DNA of 64,000 nucleotides from an uncultured Desulfospira sp. (GCA_963663165.1 OY760175.1:4672001-4736000); one strand, 5' to 3'. Numbered from the stretch's first letter, positions 41,953 through 51,913 are shown. Numbers and translations are program-made. The notes: a model not told the origin generated them from the sequence alone.

Positions 41953-43401
41953 ATGTCAGATAAACCGGATCAGGATGACACCATGGAGGAGATGAGCTTT
42001 GAACAGCTTTTTGAATCCTATGATGAAAAATTAAACCGGGACCTGAAACAGGGGGATATGGTGGAAGGAAAAATTATTTCCATCGGCAAATCCTCTGTTT
42101 ACGTGGATACCGGGACCAAAAGCGACGGGGTGGTGGAAAAGGTTGAGCTTTTGGATGAAAACGGCGAATTCCCCTTTCAGGCCGGTGATGTCCTTAAATT
42201 GTATGTTGTGTCCATGAGCGAAAGTGAGATTATCCTGTCCAGGGCCATTTCCGGTGCGGGCAAAGCCGCCATGCTCCTGGAAGCATACCAGGCCGGGACC
42301 CCGGTGGAGGGAAAGGTGACCGGCCAGGTCAAGGGCGGGTTCAGTGTGGACCTTCTGGGAAAACGCGGCTTTTGTCCGGTGAGCCAGATGGATGTCCGGT
42401 ATGTGGAAACCGGCGAGGATTATGTGGGGCAGACCCACACCTTCCTAATTACCAAATACGAGGAAAAAGGCCGGAATATTGTGGTTTCCAGAAAAGAGCT
42501 GCTTCTTGAACAGATCCGGGAAGAGCAGGAGGCCTTTCTGGCCCGGGTGGCTGCGGGCGACACGGTTCAGGGAACCGTCACCAAGATGATGTCCTTTGGG
42601 GCCTTTATCGAGCTTGCCCCCGGTGTGGAAGGCATGGCCCATATTTCCGAACTGAGCTGGTCCCGGGTGGAAAAACCCGAAGAGGTCCTCAGTGTGGGAG
42701 AACCGGTCACGGCAAAAATATTGAAAATCGACCACCAGGAGCAGGGGCCTCCCAAAATTTCCCTTTCCCTTAAGCAGACCCTGGGCAATCCCTGGGACAA
42801 TATGCAGGATTCCTTTCATGTGGGGGATCAGGTGAGTGGAACAGTGGTCCGGCTGGCCCCCTTTGGTGCGTTTGTCGAGCTGGCCCCGGGTGTGGATGGC
42901 CTGGTTCACATCAGTGAGATGAGCCATATCAAGCGGGTTCTCAGACCCGAAGACGTGGTGGAACAGGGGCAGACCGTTCAGGTGGTGATCAAGGCCATTG
43001 ATCTTGAGAGCAAACGGATTTCCCTGAGCATGAAAGATGCCTTGGGGGATCCCTGGACCGGTGCCAGTGCCAAGTACCCGGCGGGAACGGTCCTTGAGGG
43101 CCGCCTGGAAAAACGGGAGACATTCGGCCTGTTTGTCGTGCTTGAGCCTGGGGTGACCGGGCTGATGCCCATGTCCGGGATAAAAAATTCCCCTTCAGCA
43201 TCGGATTATGATAAACTCAAACCCGGCGACCCGGTGAATGCCCTGGTCCAGGAAGTAGACGAGGAAAAACGCAGAATCACCCTGGCACCGCCGGACCAGA
43301 AAGATCCGGATAATTGGAAACAGTTTGCCAAATCTGAAAAAACAAAGCCCATGGGTACGTTGGAAAGTGTGTTCCGGGAAGCCCTTAAAAAACAAAAATA
43401 A
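41953..43401 (+). CDS. rpsA: 30S ribosomal protein S1 (five S1 domains)
   Basis: Repeated S1 motifs (FGAFIELAPGVEGMAHISE, FGAFVELAPGVDGLVHISE); ATG at 41953 behind GGAGAGG. Confidence 0.9.
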   Translation: MSDKPDQDDTMEEMSFEQLFESYDEKLNRDLKQGDMVEGKIISIGKSSVYVDTGTKSDGVVEKVELLDENGEFPFQAGDVLKLYVVSMSESEIILSRAISGAGKAAMLLEAYQAGTPVEGKVTGQVKGGFSVDLLGKRGFCPVSQMDVRYVETGEDYVGQTHTFLITKYEEKGRNIVVSRKELLLEQIREEQEAFLARVAAGDTVQGTVTKMMSFGAFIELAPGVEGMAHISELSWSRVEKPEEVLSVGEPVTAKILKIDHQEQGPPKISLSLKQTLGNPWDNMQDSFHVGDQVSGTVVRLAPFGAFVELAPGVDGLVHISEMSHIKRVLRPEDVVEQGQTVQVVIKAIDLESKRISLSMKDALGDPWTGASAKYPAGTVLEGRLEKRETFGLFVVLEPGVTGLMPMSGIKNSPSASDYDKLKPGDPVNALVQEVDEEKRRITLAPPDQKDPDNWKQFAKSEKTKPMGTLESVFREALKKQK

Positions 43402-43413
43402 GCTTACCTTGTT

Positions 43414-43824
43414 ATGGAAACGGATATGAATGCCGGCCGGCCTGAAAAAGAGAACGCAAACCGCATCCTGTTGGTGGACGACGAGTCTTATATTTCTTCA
43501 GTGATCAGGGAGATGCTGGAGGACTATGGGTACGAGGTGGATATCATGAGCGATTCCGCCCAGGCCTTTGTGCATTTTAATGAAAACGGGGCCGACTATG
43601 GGATGGTGATCACCGATTATGCCATGTCCGGCATCAAAGGAGATGAGCTGATCCGGAAAATCCAGGAGATCCGGCCTGGTTTGCCCGCGGTTCTGTGCAG
43701 CGGCGTTCCCCTTCCCGTTCCAGTTACCCGTCAGATTACAACGGCCAGCATTTTGATTAAACCCTTTGATCTTGAAGAGCTTCTGGACCTTGTCCGTGAG
43801 TCGGTGACCCCTTCAATACCGTGA
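43414..43824 (+). CDS. Single-domain response regulator
   Basis: ILLVDDE, ITDYAM, CSG, KPF. Confidence 0.88.
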   Translation: METDMNAGRPEKENANRILLVDDESYISSVIREMLEDYGYEVDIMSDSAQAFVHFNENGADYGMVITDYAMSGIKGDELIRKIQEIRPGLPAVLCSGVPLPVPVTRQITTASILIKPFDLEELLDLVRESVTPSIP

Positions 43825-43853
43825 ATTTCCGGTCCGGCAGACCCGTGAGCGCT

Positions 43854-44705
43854 ATGGGAAAAAAACTGTTTGTTACGGATCTGGACGGGACCCTGTTTAA
43901 TGACGCAAGAACCATATCCGACCGGGACCGGCGCACCCTTGAAAAATTGCGAAAAAAAGGGGTGGCCACGGCCATTGCAACGGGAAGAAGCCTTTGGTCC
44001 CTTGTCCGGGCACTGGCGCATATCGGGATGGATTTAGAATCAATTCCCATTGATTACCTGGTGTTTGCCACCGGGGCCGGAACCATGGCGCTGCCGGGCA
44101 GACAGCTTTTAGAACAGCATGATATCCCCGAACCGGAAGTTGCGCAGCTCTGTGCCTATTTTACTGGTAAGGAAATGGATTTCATGGTCCATCGGGCCAT
44201 CCCCGATACCCATTATTTCTTATATAAACAGCATGGTCGAAAGAACCCGGATTTCTGGGAACGGGTGGCACTTTACCGGGAGTTTGCCGCGCCTCTGGAT
44301 GATCATGGGGCAATGGCCGGATCTGCCACAGAAGTGCTGGCGGTGCTGCCCGGGAAACCGGACCGGTCATGCCTGGAACAGATAAAAATTGATCTGGCCG
44401 GTTTCAGTGTAATCCATGCCACATCTCCTGTGGACCATGCGTCTTTGTGGGTGGAGGTGTTTCACCCTAAGGTTTCAAAGCGCCGTGCCATTCAACGGCT
44501 GGCCATGCGCCTGGACATCGGCCGGGAGCATGTCATTGCCGTGGGAAACGATTACAATGACCAGGATCTTCTTTCCTGGGCCGGCAGGGGATTTATCACG
44601 GCCAACGGCGCCGGGGATTTGCTGGATCGTTTTGAAAATACGGCATCCAATAATGACAGCGGGGTCAGCGAAGCCGCGCAGCTGGCCGGGTTAATAAAAA
44701 GGTAA
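43854..44705 (+). CDS. Cof-type HAD hydrolase
   Basis: TDLDGTL, IATGRS, VSK, VGNDYNDQDL. Confidence 0.9.
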   Translation: MGKKLFVTDLDGTLFNDARTISDRDRRTLEKLRKKGVATAIATGRSLWSLVRALAHIGMDLESIPIDYLVFATGAGTMALPGRQLLEQHDIPEPEVAQLCAYFTGKEMDFMVHRAIPDTHYFLYKQHGRKNPDFWERVALYREFAAPLDDHGAMAGSATEVLAVLPGKPDRSCLEQIKIDLAGFSVIHATSPVDHASLWVEVFHPKVSKRRAIQRLAMRLDIGREHVIAVGNDYNDQDLLSWAGRGFITANGAGDLLDRFENTASNNDSGVSEAAQLAGLIKR

Positions 44706-44797
44706 TTAGGCTGAAGGTGGTTAGACTGAAGGCTGTGCAACCCTAAACTACTTCAGCCTAAATCCCCTACATTTTAGCGGTTTTTGATCCCCATTTG

Positions 44798-45796
44798 TTA
44801 ATAATCCGTCTCATCTTCTTCTGTCAGCGAAATGTTCAGATGGGGGTAAAGCTTGTTGGAGCAGGCCGGGCAGATCCCGTGGGAAAAGGTGATGTCATCG
44901 AGAAATTCTTCTATGGGAATCCACCCTTTCCGGTTATCCCGGATACTTTTGCAATTGGCACAGATGATTTTGATGTCGCTGGAGTGGCGGGTCTGTTCTT
45001 CCATAAATCTGCGGTAGTTTTCCCGAAGTTCGATTTGTCGTGAGATGTCCCTGACAACGGCAATGGCGCCGCTATACTGGTTTTTTTCATCAAATAAGGG
45101 GCTGCATGCCAGCTCGGTATGGACCGGATCTCCGCTGTGGTTGATCATCTGGATTTCGTACCGGCTGCTCTTGCCCTGGCGGCGGATCTGGGTCTGTTTT
45201 TTTATAATTTCGAAGCTTTCTGGGGTGGTCAGCTTCTTGATGTTCTGGTTGAGCAGGGAATCTTTTGGGTATCCGAGCATTTTATAAAAGGCCGGGTTGG
45301 CAAAGGTTAAAACTTCATTTTCATCTGCCGTTAATACGCCCTCAACGATTTGCTCGGTAATGGTTCTGTACCGGGCCTCGCTTTTCTCGAGGCGATCCCT
45401 GTACCGCTGGTTTTCCTCCACCAGGTATTTATTTTCCAGCACTTTTCGGATGACATGATGGATCATGTCAAGGTCTTCAATGGGCTTGGTGATATAATCT
45501 TTTGCCCCCATGCGCAGGGCCGCAATGATATCTTTTTTCTCTCCGTATCCGGAGATAACGATCATCGGGGTTTCAGGGCTTTGGGTGCTGATTTCTTCCA
45601 TGACCTGGATGCCGGTTTTTTCAGGCATTTTCAGATCGGTGATGACCACATCAACCTTGTTGTTAAAAAAGAAATGCAAACCGGCCTTTCCGTTTTTCGC
45701 CTTCAGGACCTGGTACCCCTCATCGGTAAGAAAGGAGGCCAGGCTTTCCCTTATCGAAGATTCATCATCTATAATTAATATGGTTTCCTGGCGCAT
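44798..45796 (-). CDS. Response regulator with PAS domain and C-terminal Cys-rich domain
   Basis: IIDDE...DLKMP...KP; PAS/PAC; CANCKSIR...SHGICPAC. Confidence 0.9.
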   Translation of the reverse strand: MRQETILIIDDESSIRESLASFLTDEGYQVLKAKNGKAGLHFFFNNKVDVVITDLKMPEKTGIQVMEEISTQSPETPMIVISGYGEKKDIIAALRMGAKDYITKPIEDLDMIHHVIRKVLENKYLVEENQRYRDRLEKSEARYRTITEQIVEGVLTADENEVLTFANPAFYKMLGYPKDSLLNQNIKKLTTPESFEIIKKQTQIRRQGKSSRYEIQMINHSGDPVHTELACSPLFDEKNQYSGAIAVVRDISRQIELRENYRRFMEEQTRHSSDIKIICANCKSIRDNRKGWIPIEEFLDDITFSHGICPACSNKLYPHLNISLTEEDETDY

Positions 45797-45829
45797 GGTG
45801 TGATCCGCATTCGTTTTTTCTGTATCTGG

Positions 45830-46549
45830 CTATAGCGTTTCAATGAGTTGTTTCATGTCCCGTACGGCCCGGTCTATCCCTGTGAGAACCGCCCGTGAGA
45901 TGATGCTGTGGCCAATGCTGTATTCGGTGATTTCTTCAAGCCCTTTAAAGGCTTTGACGGTGTTGTAACAGATCCCGTGTCCGGCATGGACCCCTAACCT
46001 GAGTTTGCTCCCCATTTTAGCGGCGTCCGTAATTCTTAAAAACTCCATCTGCCGGCGGGATTCGGACCGGGCATCGCAAAAGGCGCCGGTATGGATCTCA
46101 ATGGCGTTCGCATCAATTCGATGGGCAATTCTGATCTGGTCCAGGTCGGGATCAATAAAAATGCAGGCCTTGATTCCGGCATTTTTCAGGGTAGACACGG
46201 CTTCATGGATGTGGTCCTGGTGGGTGATCAGGTCAAGTCCCCCTTCGGTGGTCAGCTCCTGCCGTTTTTCCGGCACCAGGGTAACGGTGTCCGGCTTGAT
46301 GTCCAGGGCAATACCCAACATTTCACTGGTGGCGGCCATTTCCAGGATGAGCCGGGTCTGAACCACCTGGCGCAGAAGCCGGACGTCCCTTTCCTGGATA
46401 TGCCTTCGGTCTTCTCGCAAATGAACCACGATGGCATCGGCCCCAGCGGCTTCAGCTGTTAGTGCGGCCGCTACCGGGTCCGGGTAGCGGGCACCCCTGG
46501 CCTGCCTTAATGTGGCCACATGGTCTACGTTTACGGCCAGTTCTGCCAT
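45830..46549 (-). CDS. pdxJ: Pyridoxine 5'-phosphate synthase
   Basis: VNVDHVATLRQAR, HLREDRRHI, ELTTEGGLD, AGHG, IGHSII. Confidence 0.98.
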   Translation of the reverse strand: MAELAVNVDHVATLRQARGARYPDPVAAALTAEAAGADAIVVHLREDRRHIQERDVRLLRQVVQTRLILEMAATSEMLGIALDIKPDTVTLVPEKRQELTTEGGLDLITHQDHIHEAVSTLKNAGIKACIFIDPDLDQIRIAHRIDANAIEIHTGAFCDARSESRRQMEFLRITDAAKMGSKLRLGVHAGHGICYNTVKAFKGLEEITEYSIGHSIISRAVLTGIDRAVRDMKQLIETL

Positions 46550-46568
46550 TTTTTCTCCTTGTTATGAA

Positions 46569-46600
46569 AGTGGTTAGCTATTAGCCGTTAGCGGTTAGCC
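46569..46600 (+). repeat. Heptamer tandem array (AGCNNTT)
   Basis: AGTGGTT AGCTATT AGCCGTT AGCGGTT AGCC. Confidence 0.8.
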
Positions 46601-46651
46601 TTCAACCGTCGTGGGTATTCACACCCTGCCGGGGCCGGTTTTGCCCTGCTG

Positions 46652-47116
46652 TTAAAATGCGGTTAGATCCGGGTTGTTTTCTATCAGCCGCAGCAGTTCT
46701 ATGCTTTTTTTCTCCATGAGATCGGCCTCCCGGCCCCCTTTTTCATGGTCAAATCCGATCAGGTGAAGGACCCCGTGGACGAGCAGCTGGGACATTCTTT
46801 CTTCTAAGGTGATGCCAGCTTCACCGGCCTCCCTGACAGCGGTCTGGGCGGATATGACCACATCCCCTAAAAGCCCGGGGGTGATGTCGCCGAACTGCCC
46901 TTCCTGCATGGCAAAAGACAGCACATTGGTGGGTTTTGCAATCCCCCGGTAGGTCCGGTTAAGGTCTTCAATGCCTTGGTCATCCATGATGACCAGTGAG
47001 AGTTCATGGGCGTTAAAGCCCAAGGCGTTTAAGATCTGTTCGGTCTTTTTGTACAGGGGCGGGGTTGGGATTTTCGTTTCTTGCCGGTTGTCGATCAGGA
47101 TCTTTGGGGAGGCCAT
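46652..47116 (-). CDS. ybeY: rRNA maturation endoribonuclease YbeY
   Basis: LNRTYRG...TNVLSF, LGDVVIS, HGVLHLIGFDH. Confidence 0.96.
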   Translation of the reverse strand: MASPKILIDNRQETKIPTPPLYKKTEQILNALGFNAHELSLVIMDDQGIEDLNRTYRGIAKPTNVLSFAMQEGQFGDITPGLLGDVVISAQTAVREAGEAGITLEERMSQLLVHGVLHLIGFDHEKGGREADLMEKKSIELLRLIENNPDLTAF

Positions 47117-49421
47117 TTTTCTCTTTTTTCTTTTCCTGGGGTTTTTCGATATACTCAATCCGGTTATGGTAGATGCTGGTCAGTATGGTATTAAAGCTTT
47201 TTGCGATCTCATGAAGGTCCTTTAAGGTCAGTTCACACTCTTCTAACTGGCCGTCGGCAAAAATGTCATTGATCAGCTCTTTTACCCGGCCTTTGATCCT
47301 GGCTGGCGTGGGCCGCTCCAGGGCCCTGACTGCCGCTTCCACCACATCGGCCAGCATGACAATACCGGCTTCCCGGGTCTGGGGCCTGGGGCCCGGGTAC
47401 CTGAAATCTTCTTCATTGATATTCTCATTGCCTGATTTCAGGCTCTTGTTGTAAAAATATTTGATCAAAGAGGTGCCGTGATGCTGGGCAATCCCTTCAA
47501 TGACCTCGCTTCCCAGTTTGTATTTTTTGGCCAGTTCCGCCCCTTTTTTAACATGCTGGATCAGGATCAGGGCGGACATGGACGGCGACAGCTTGTCATG
47601 CCGGTTTTTTCCGTCTGCCTGGTTTTCAATGAAATACATGGGCTTGTCCAGCTTGCCGATATCGTGGTAATACCCCATGACCTTTGCCTTGAGGCCCGAA
47701 GCGCTGATGGCCGATGCGGCCGCCTCGGCCAGTGTGGCCACAATCAGGCTGTGGTTATAAGTCCCGGGGGCCTCAATCATCAGTTTTTTAATCAGGGGCT
47801 GGTCCAGGTGGGAAAATTCCAGCAGCTTGGTTTCTGTGGTGTAGTCGAACAACAGTTCAATCAGGGGGGTAAACCCGATGGTCAGGGTGGCGGCCAGAAG
47901 TCCCCCGCAAAAGGCCAGCATCACCTCTTTGGCCAGCAGCAGTAGTTCGGTCTGGCTTTGGGTGTAAAACCCCAGGGTGATGGCCAGAACCGCATTGATA
48001 ATGGCCAGTTTAAATCCGGCCAGAATGAAGTTTTTGCGTTCCTGCCGTTCCCGGATCCAATAGGCGGCCGTGATGCTGCTTAAAAAGAAAAACAGGAAAA
48101 TCTGGAAATTGCCGCCAAAGGAGAGGCTGGCCAGGATGGACAGCACAATGGTAAAATAAAGGGCAATGTCAAACCCGAGAAACAGGCAGGCAATCATGGC
48201 TGCCCCGGGAACCGGAATGATCATGTAAAAGGATGAGGTGGCCACTTCCCAGGTGGTTTCCGGGTTGGCTGACTGGGCAAGGTAAATGGCGGTCTGGACA
48301 AAGCCAAGGTATAACATCAGCCCTAGCGCCAGGAACAGCATATGTTTGTTGTGGCTTTTCTGAAGCGCCTTGTGGGTTTTTAAAAACAGAAAGTAGACAA
48401 TCAGAATCAGGGAAAAGGTGGTCATGGCAACACCGGTTACGGCCATGGTCACATCCACCGTTTTTTCCTCGGTCTGCTCCTCAAGGGCATTGAGTTTCAT
48501 CAGCCTGAGTTTGTCCACCACATCCCCTTCCCTGAGAATGATTTCCCCTGACTTGATCTGGTACATCACCGGTTTAATGGTGGACTGGACATTCAGTATC
48601 CGTTTTTCGGTTTCATTTTTGTTCAAGGTGATGTTGGGCACAAGCAGGGCCTGGCAGATATCCACAATCAGGTTGGACAGGTTGTAATTTTCCTTTTTCA
48701 GGATAGGCTCGCCTTCGATCCTGACCATGGCCTTGGCCTGGTCAGGCCCGTAAAAGACTTTGAGGTTGGTGACGACCTTTTCTTCGTTGGTCTGGATGGT
48801 CCTTAAAATGATTCCCTTGCTTTCTTCTTTGAGCAGGATGTCTTTATTGGCCACAACACCGTTGGTCAGGATCTTTTCCACAATGGCTTTGATTTTGTCG
48901 CTGATATCCTGGGAGAATTTGTATTTATAAAGAATGTTGTAAGCCCCCTTGCTCAGTTCAATGCCGAGTTTCTCTTCAAAGGCCGGCTTGGTTTCCAGAA
49001 CCTGGGCAAAGGTCGGTTCTAAGGGGGCAAGACCCTGGGGATCCGCGGTAATGTCCGGGGAAGTAATGAACAGCTTCTGGCCAAGCGCCATTGCCTCATC
49101 TACATTGGACGAGATTTCCGTTAACAGCCCGGCATCAAAATCATAGACGATTTTTACTGATTCTCTGATCTCATTTTTTCGTTTCCGGGTGACCTCCTTA
49201 TCTTCAATAAAGAAGTCTTTGTGGGCCTTGACGTCTCGTTTTGCCACATCCCCGATCTGGTAGGAAAAGGTGATCTGTTTTTTTTCAGGCGGCACCTGGG
49301 ACAGGGTAAACAGGGCCGTCACTGTAAACAGCATGACCCACAAGGGGAAGGGTGAGGAAGATAAAAATTTGCCGGCCTGTTTGGTCCAGGCCTCATTTTT
49401 TGTTTTTTTCATAGGCCTCAA
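47013..49421 (-). CDS. 7TM-HD family phosphohydrolase (PgpH-like)
   Basis: Extracytoplasmic domain, 7 TM, EAPGTYNHS, YYHDIGK, QHHGT, FRYPGPRPQTRE, MLAD. Confidence 0.93.
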   Translation of the reverse strand: MRPMKKTKNEAWTKQAGKFLSSSPFPLWVMLFTVTALFTLSQVPPEKKQITFSYQIGDVAKRDVKAHKDFFIEDKEVTRKRKNEIRESVKIVYDFDAGLLTEISSNVDEAMALGQKLFITSPDITADPQGLAPLEPTFAQVLETKPAFEEKLGIELSKGAYNILYKYKFSQDISDKIKAIVEKILTNGVVANKDILLKEESKGIILRTIQTNEEKVVTNLKVFYGPDQAKAMVRIEGEPILKKENYNLSNLIVDICQALLVPNITLNKNETEKRILNVQSTIKPVMYQIKSGEIILREGDVVDKLRLMKLNALEEQTEEKTVDVTMAVTGVAMTTFSLILIVYFLFLKTHKALQKSHNKHMLFLALGLMLYLGFVQTAIYLAQSANPETTWEVATSSFYMIIPVPGAAMIACLFLGFDIALYFTIVLSILASLSFGGNFQIFLFFFLSSITAAYWIRERQERKNFILAGFKLAIINAVLAITLGFYTQSQTELLLLAKEVMLAFCGGLLAATLTIGFTPLIELLFDYTTETKLLEFSHLDQPLIKKLMIEAPGTYNHSLIVATLAEAAASAISASGLKAKVMGYYHDIGKLDKPMYFIENQADGKNRHDKLSPSMSALILIQHVKKGAELAKKYKLGSEVIEGIAQHHGTSLIKYFYNKSLKSGNENINEEDFRYPGPRPQTREAGIVMLADVVEAAVRALERPTPARIKGRVKELINDIFADGQLEECELTLKDLHEIAKSFNTILTSIYHNRIEYIEKPQEKKKEKNGLPKDPDRQPARNENPNPAPVQKDRTDLKRLGL

Positions 49422-50337
49422 TAATATCGGAAACCAAGCGGTGTCTTACCACATCATCCTTTGAAAAATACAGAAAATCAATACCGTTTATCCGTGTCAA
49501 TATATTGCGCGCTTCAATCAGGCCGGACCGTTTCTTGTCCGGCAGGTCGATCTGGGTAATATCCCCGGTTACAATGGCCTTTGACCCGTAGCCAAGTCTG
49601 GTCAGAAACATCTTCATCTGCTGGGGCGTGGTGTTCTGGGCCTCGTCCAGGATGATAAAGGCGTTGTTTAAGGTTCTGCCCCGCATAAATGCCAGGGGGG
49701 CAATCTCAATGGCCTCCTGCTCAATATAGGCCCTGGCCTTTTCAAAATCAAGCATATCATACAGGGCATCATACAAAGGCCGAAGGTAGGGATTGATTTT
49801 ATCGGCCAGATCCCCTGGAAGAAAGCCCAATGCCTCACCGGCTTCAACGGCCGGGCGGGTCAGGATAATCTTTTTAACATCGCCATTGGTGAAAGCGGCC
49901 ACGGCCATGGCCATGGCCAGATATGTCTTTCCAGTGCCGGCCGGTCCGATGGCAAACAAAATATCATTGGTTTTAATGGCATTGACATAGGCGTTCTGGG
50001 CTGGATTTCTCGGGGCAACGGCCCGGTTTTTGGCCGTAACAAACACGGTGTTTAAAAAGATAGGCCGCAAGGATGCGTGGTTGTTTTTTTTGATGACGGC
50101 TGCGGCGGCATCCACGTCCTGGGGGGTCAGGTCAAAATTTTCTTTGAGCAGTCCGTAGAGCTCGCCAAGCAGGCGGGCCACCCGGTCGGCATCTTCCGGG
50201 TTTCCGGAAATGGTCAGTTCGTTTCCCCTGGAGTTGATATCCAGGTTAAACTGCCGTGACAATTTTTTTAGGTGAATATTATGAAATCCGAACAGCTTCC
50301 TGGCCAGGCCGGGGTTTTTAAACTCAAGGGTCTTCAT
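49393..50337 (-). CDS. phoH: PhoH family ATPase
   Basis: GPAGTGKTYLA, RPAVEAGE.LGFLPG, FMRGRTL, DEAQN, GDITQIDL. Confidence 0.96.
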   Translation of the reverse strand: MKTLEFKNPGLARKLFGFHNIHLKKLSRQFNLDINSRGNELTISGNPEDADRVARLLGELYGLLKENFDLTPQDVDAAAAVIKKNNHASLRPIFLNTVFVTAKNRAVAPRNPAQNAYVNAIKTNDILFAIGPAGTGKTYLAMAMAVAAFTNGDVKKIILTRPAVEAGEALGFLPGDLADKINPYLRPLYDALYDMLDFEKARAYIEQEAIEIAPLAFMRGRTLNNAFIILDEAQNTTPQQMKMFLTRLGYGSKAIVTGDITQIDLPDKKRSGLIEARNILTRINGIDFLYFSKDDVVRHRLVSDIIEAYEKNKK

Positions 50338-50415
50338 GGGCTATAAGGTGCAACTTATTTAATAAAAGGTCAATAAAAATCTTGACTGAAAAATTGCTCC
50401 CCTGGTAATTATGGA

Positions 50416-50464
50416 AGCTGTTGGCTTTTAGCTTTTAGCCGTTAGCATTTAGCTGTTAGCCTTT
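50416..50464 (+). repeat. Heptamer tandem array (AGCNNTT), seven units
   Basis: AGCTGTT GGCTTTT AGCTTTT AGCCGTT AGCATTT AGCTGTT AGCCTTT. Confidence 0.85.
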
Positions 50465-50558
50465 GGATGATAGCTGATGCGCTTTGTTTTGGGGGTACTC
50501 TTGGTTCGGGCCTGGAACCGTTTTAAAAATGATTCAGTTGAATGGATAAAAAAAGGGC

Positions 50559-51086
50559 GTGTCAATGAACGGATTTGATTTGCTGGTCCTGATGGTGCTG
50601 GGCGTCTGCCTGGTGTTGGGTTTTTTTAAAGGATTGATCCGTGAAGCGTCGGGGATTATCGGGGTGATTGCCGGGTTTTACGGGGCAAACACCTATTTTG
50701 GGCGGCTGATTCCTTATCTGGACCCGCTGATGGATTCTTTATGGCTGAAAAAACTGATCTGTTTTTTTGCCGTTTTTTGTGCGGTTCTCATAGTGGTGGC
50801 CTTGATTGCGGCCCTGATTCGAAAATTCCTCCATCTGGTGTTTTTAGGCTGGGTTGATCGGACCTTCGGGCTGGTATTCGGGGCGGCCAAGGGGCTGTTG
50901 ATCGTGTCGGTTCTCTTTATCATGGCCACCGTGTTTATCCCCAACAGCAGTGGATACCTGGCCGAATCCAGGACCGCCCCGTACATTGCCGCTGTCTCAA
51001 ATGCCATGGGGATTTTTGTTTCCCAGAATATTAAATCCGATTTTATAAAACAGATAAAAGGAATGAAACTCAATTGGAATCAATAG
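50559..51086 (+). CDS. cvpA: CvpA family membrane protein
   Basis: MNGFD...GFFKGLIRE, LGWVDRTFGLVFGAAKG. Confidence 0.9.
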   Translation: MSMNGFDLLVLMVLGVCLVLGFFKGLIREASGIIGVIAGFYGANTYFGRLIPYLDPLMDSLWLKKLICFFAVFCAVLIVVALIAALIRKFLHLVFLGWVDRTFGLVFGAAKGLLIVSVLFIMATVFIPNSSGYLAESRTAPYIAAVSNAMGIFVSQNIKSDFIKQIKGMKLNWNQ

Positions 51087-51913
51087 CCCCCATCCTGGAC
51101 ATTATCAGGACCCTCAGAGGAAAAAACGGCTGTTCCTGGGACCAGAAGCAGACGGCGCTGACCATGTGGCGTTGTCTGGCCGAAGAATTGTATGAGCTGG
51201 AAGAAGGCCTGGTAAAAGAAGATACGGCCAATATTTGTGAAGAACTCGGGGATGTTCTGTTCCAGGTCCTGTTTATCATGGAAATTTTCCATGATGCAGG
51301 GCAGATCCCCTTTGATCAGGTGGTTGAGGCGGTGGCCCAAAAAATGATCCGGCGCCATCCCCACGTTTACGGTGAAGCTATGGTAAACAGTGATGAAGAA
51401 CTTCACCGGCAATGGGACCGGATAAAGGTGCTTGAAAAGGCGGATCAGAAAAAAACTTCCGGACAGGGGCAGAAAGTGCCGCCAAAATCCGCCCTGGATT
51501 CCGTTCCCAAGGGAATGCCCGGTCTTTTAAGAACCATGAAAGTGTCCAAATGCGCGGTTAAGCAAGGGTTTGACTGGGACAGTATGGCCGGGGTTGTAGA
51601 TAAGGTAAAAGAAGAAATTCGTGAATTTGAGACCGCCGTGGCGGAAAATGATTCAGATAACGCCATGGTGGAGTTTGGTGATATTTTGTTTTCTCTGGTC
51701 AATGTGGCCCGGTTTGCCGGCTTTCACCCGGAAACGGCCCTGGGAAGGTCAACGGCCAAGTTTGAGGCCCGGTTCAGAACCATGGAGACCCTTCTGGAAA
51801 AAGACGGTCAGGTGCTGAAGACGCTTTCACCTCAGGCAAAAGATGAATACTGGAACCGGGCCAAACAGCTGACAGGCAGGCAGATTACAGATAATCCCCC
51901 CGCTGGAATTTAA
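51074..51913 (+). CDS. mazG: Nucleoside triphosphate pyrophosphohydrolase MazG
   Basis: GCSWDQKQT, EELGDVLFQV, KMIRRHPHVY, GFDW, EFGDILF. Confidence 0.96.
   Translation: MESIAPILDIIRTLRGKNGCSWDQKQTALTMWRCLAEELYELEEGLVKEDTANICEELGDVLFQVLFIMEIFHDAGQIPFDQVVEAVAQKMIRRHPHVYGEAMVNSDEELHRQWDRIKVLEKADQKKTSGQGQKVPPKSALDSVPKGMPGLLRTMKVSKCAVKQGFDWDSMAGVVDKVKEEIREFETAVAENDSDNAMVEFGDILFSLVNVARFAGFHPETALGRSTAKFEARFRTMETLLEKDGQVLKTLSPQAKDEYWNRAKQLTGRQITDNPPAGI

Noticed and set aside
44706..44763. Inverted repeat TTAGGCTGAAG / CTTCAGCCTAA with a partial tandem copy
   Set aside because: Lies between convergent genes and is sufficiently explained as a terminator-like hairpin; no target duplication.
20708..50464. 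Heptamer arrays as CRISPR repeats
   Set aside because: Units are 7 bp with no unique spacers, and there are no cas genes.
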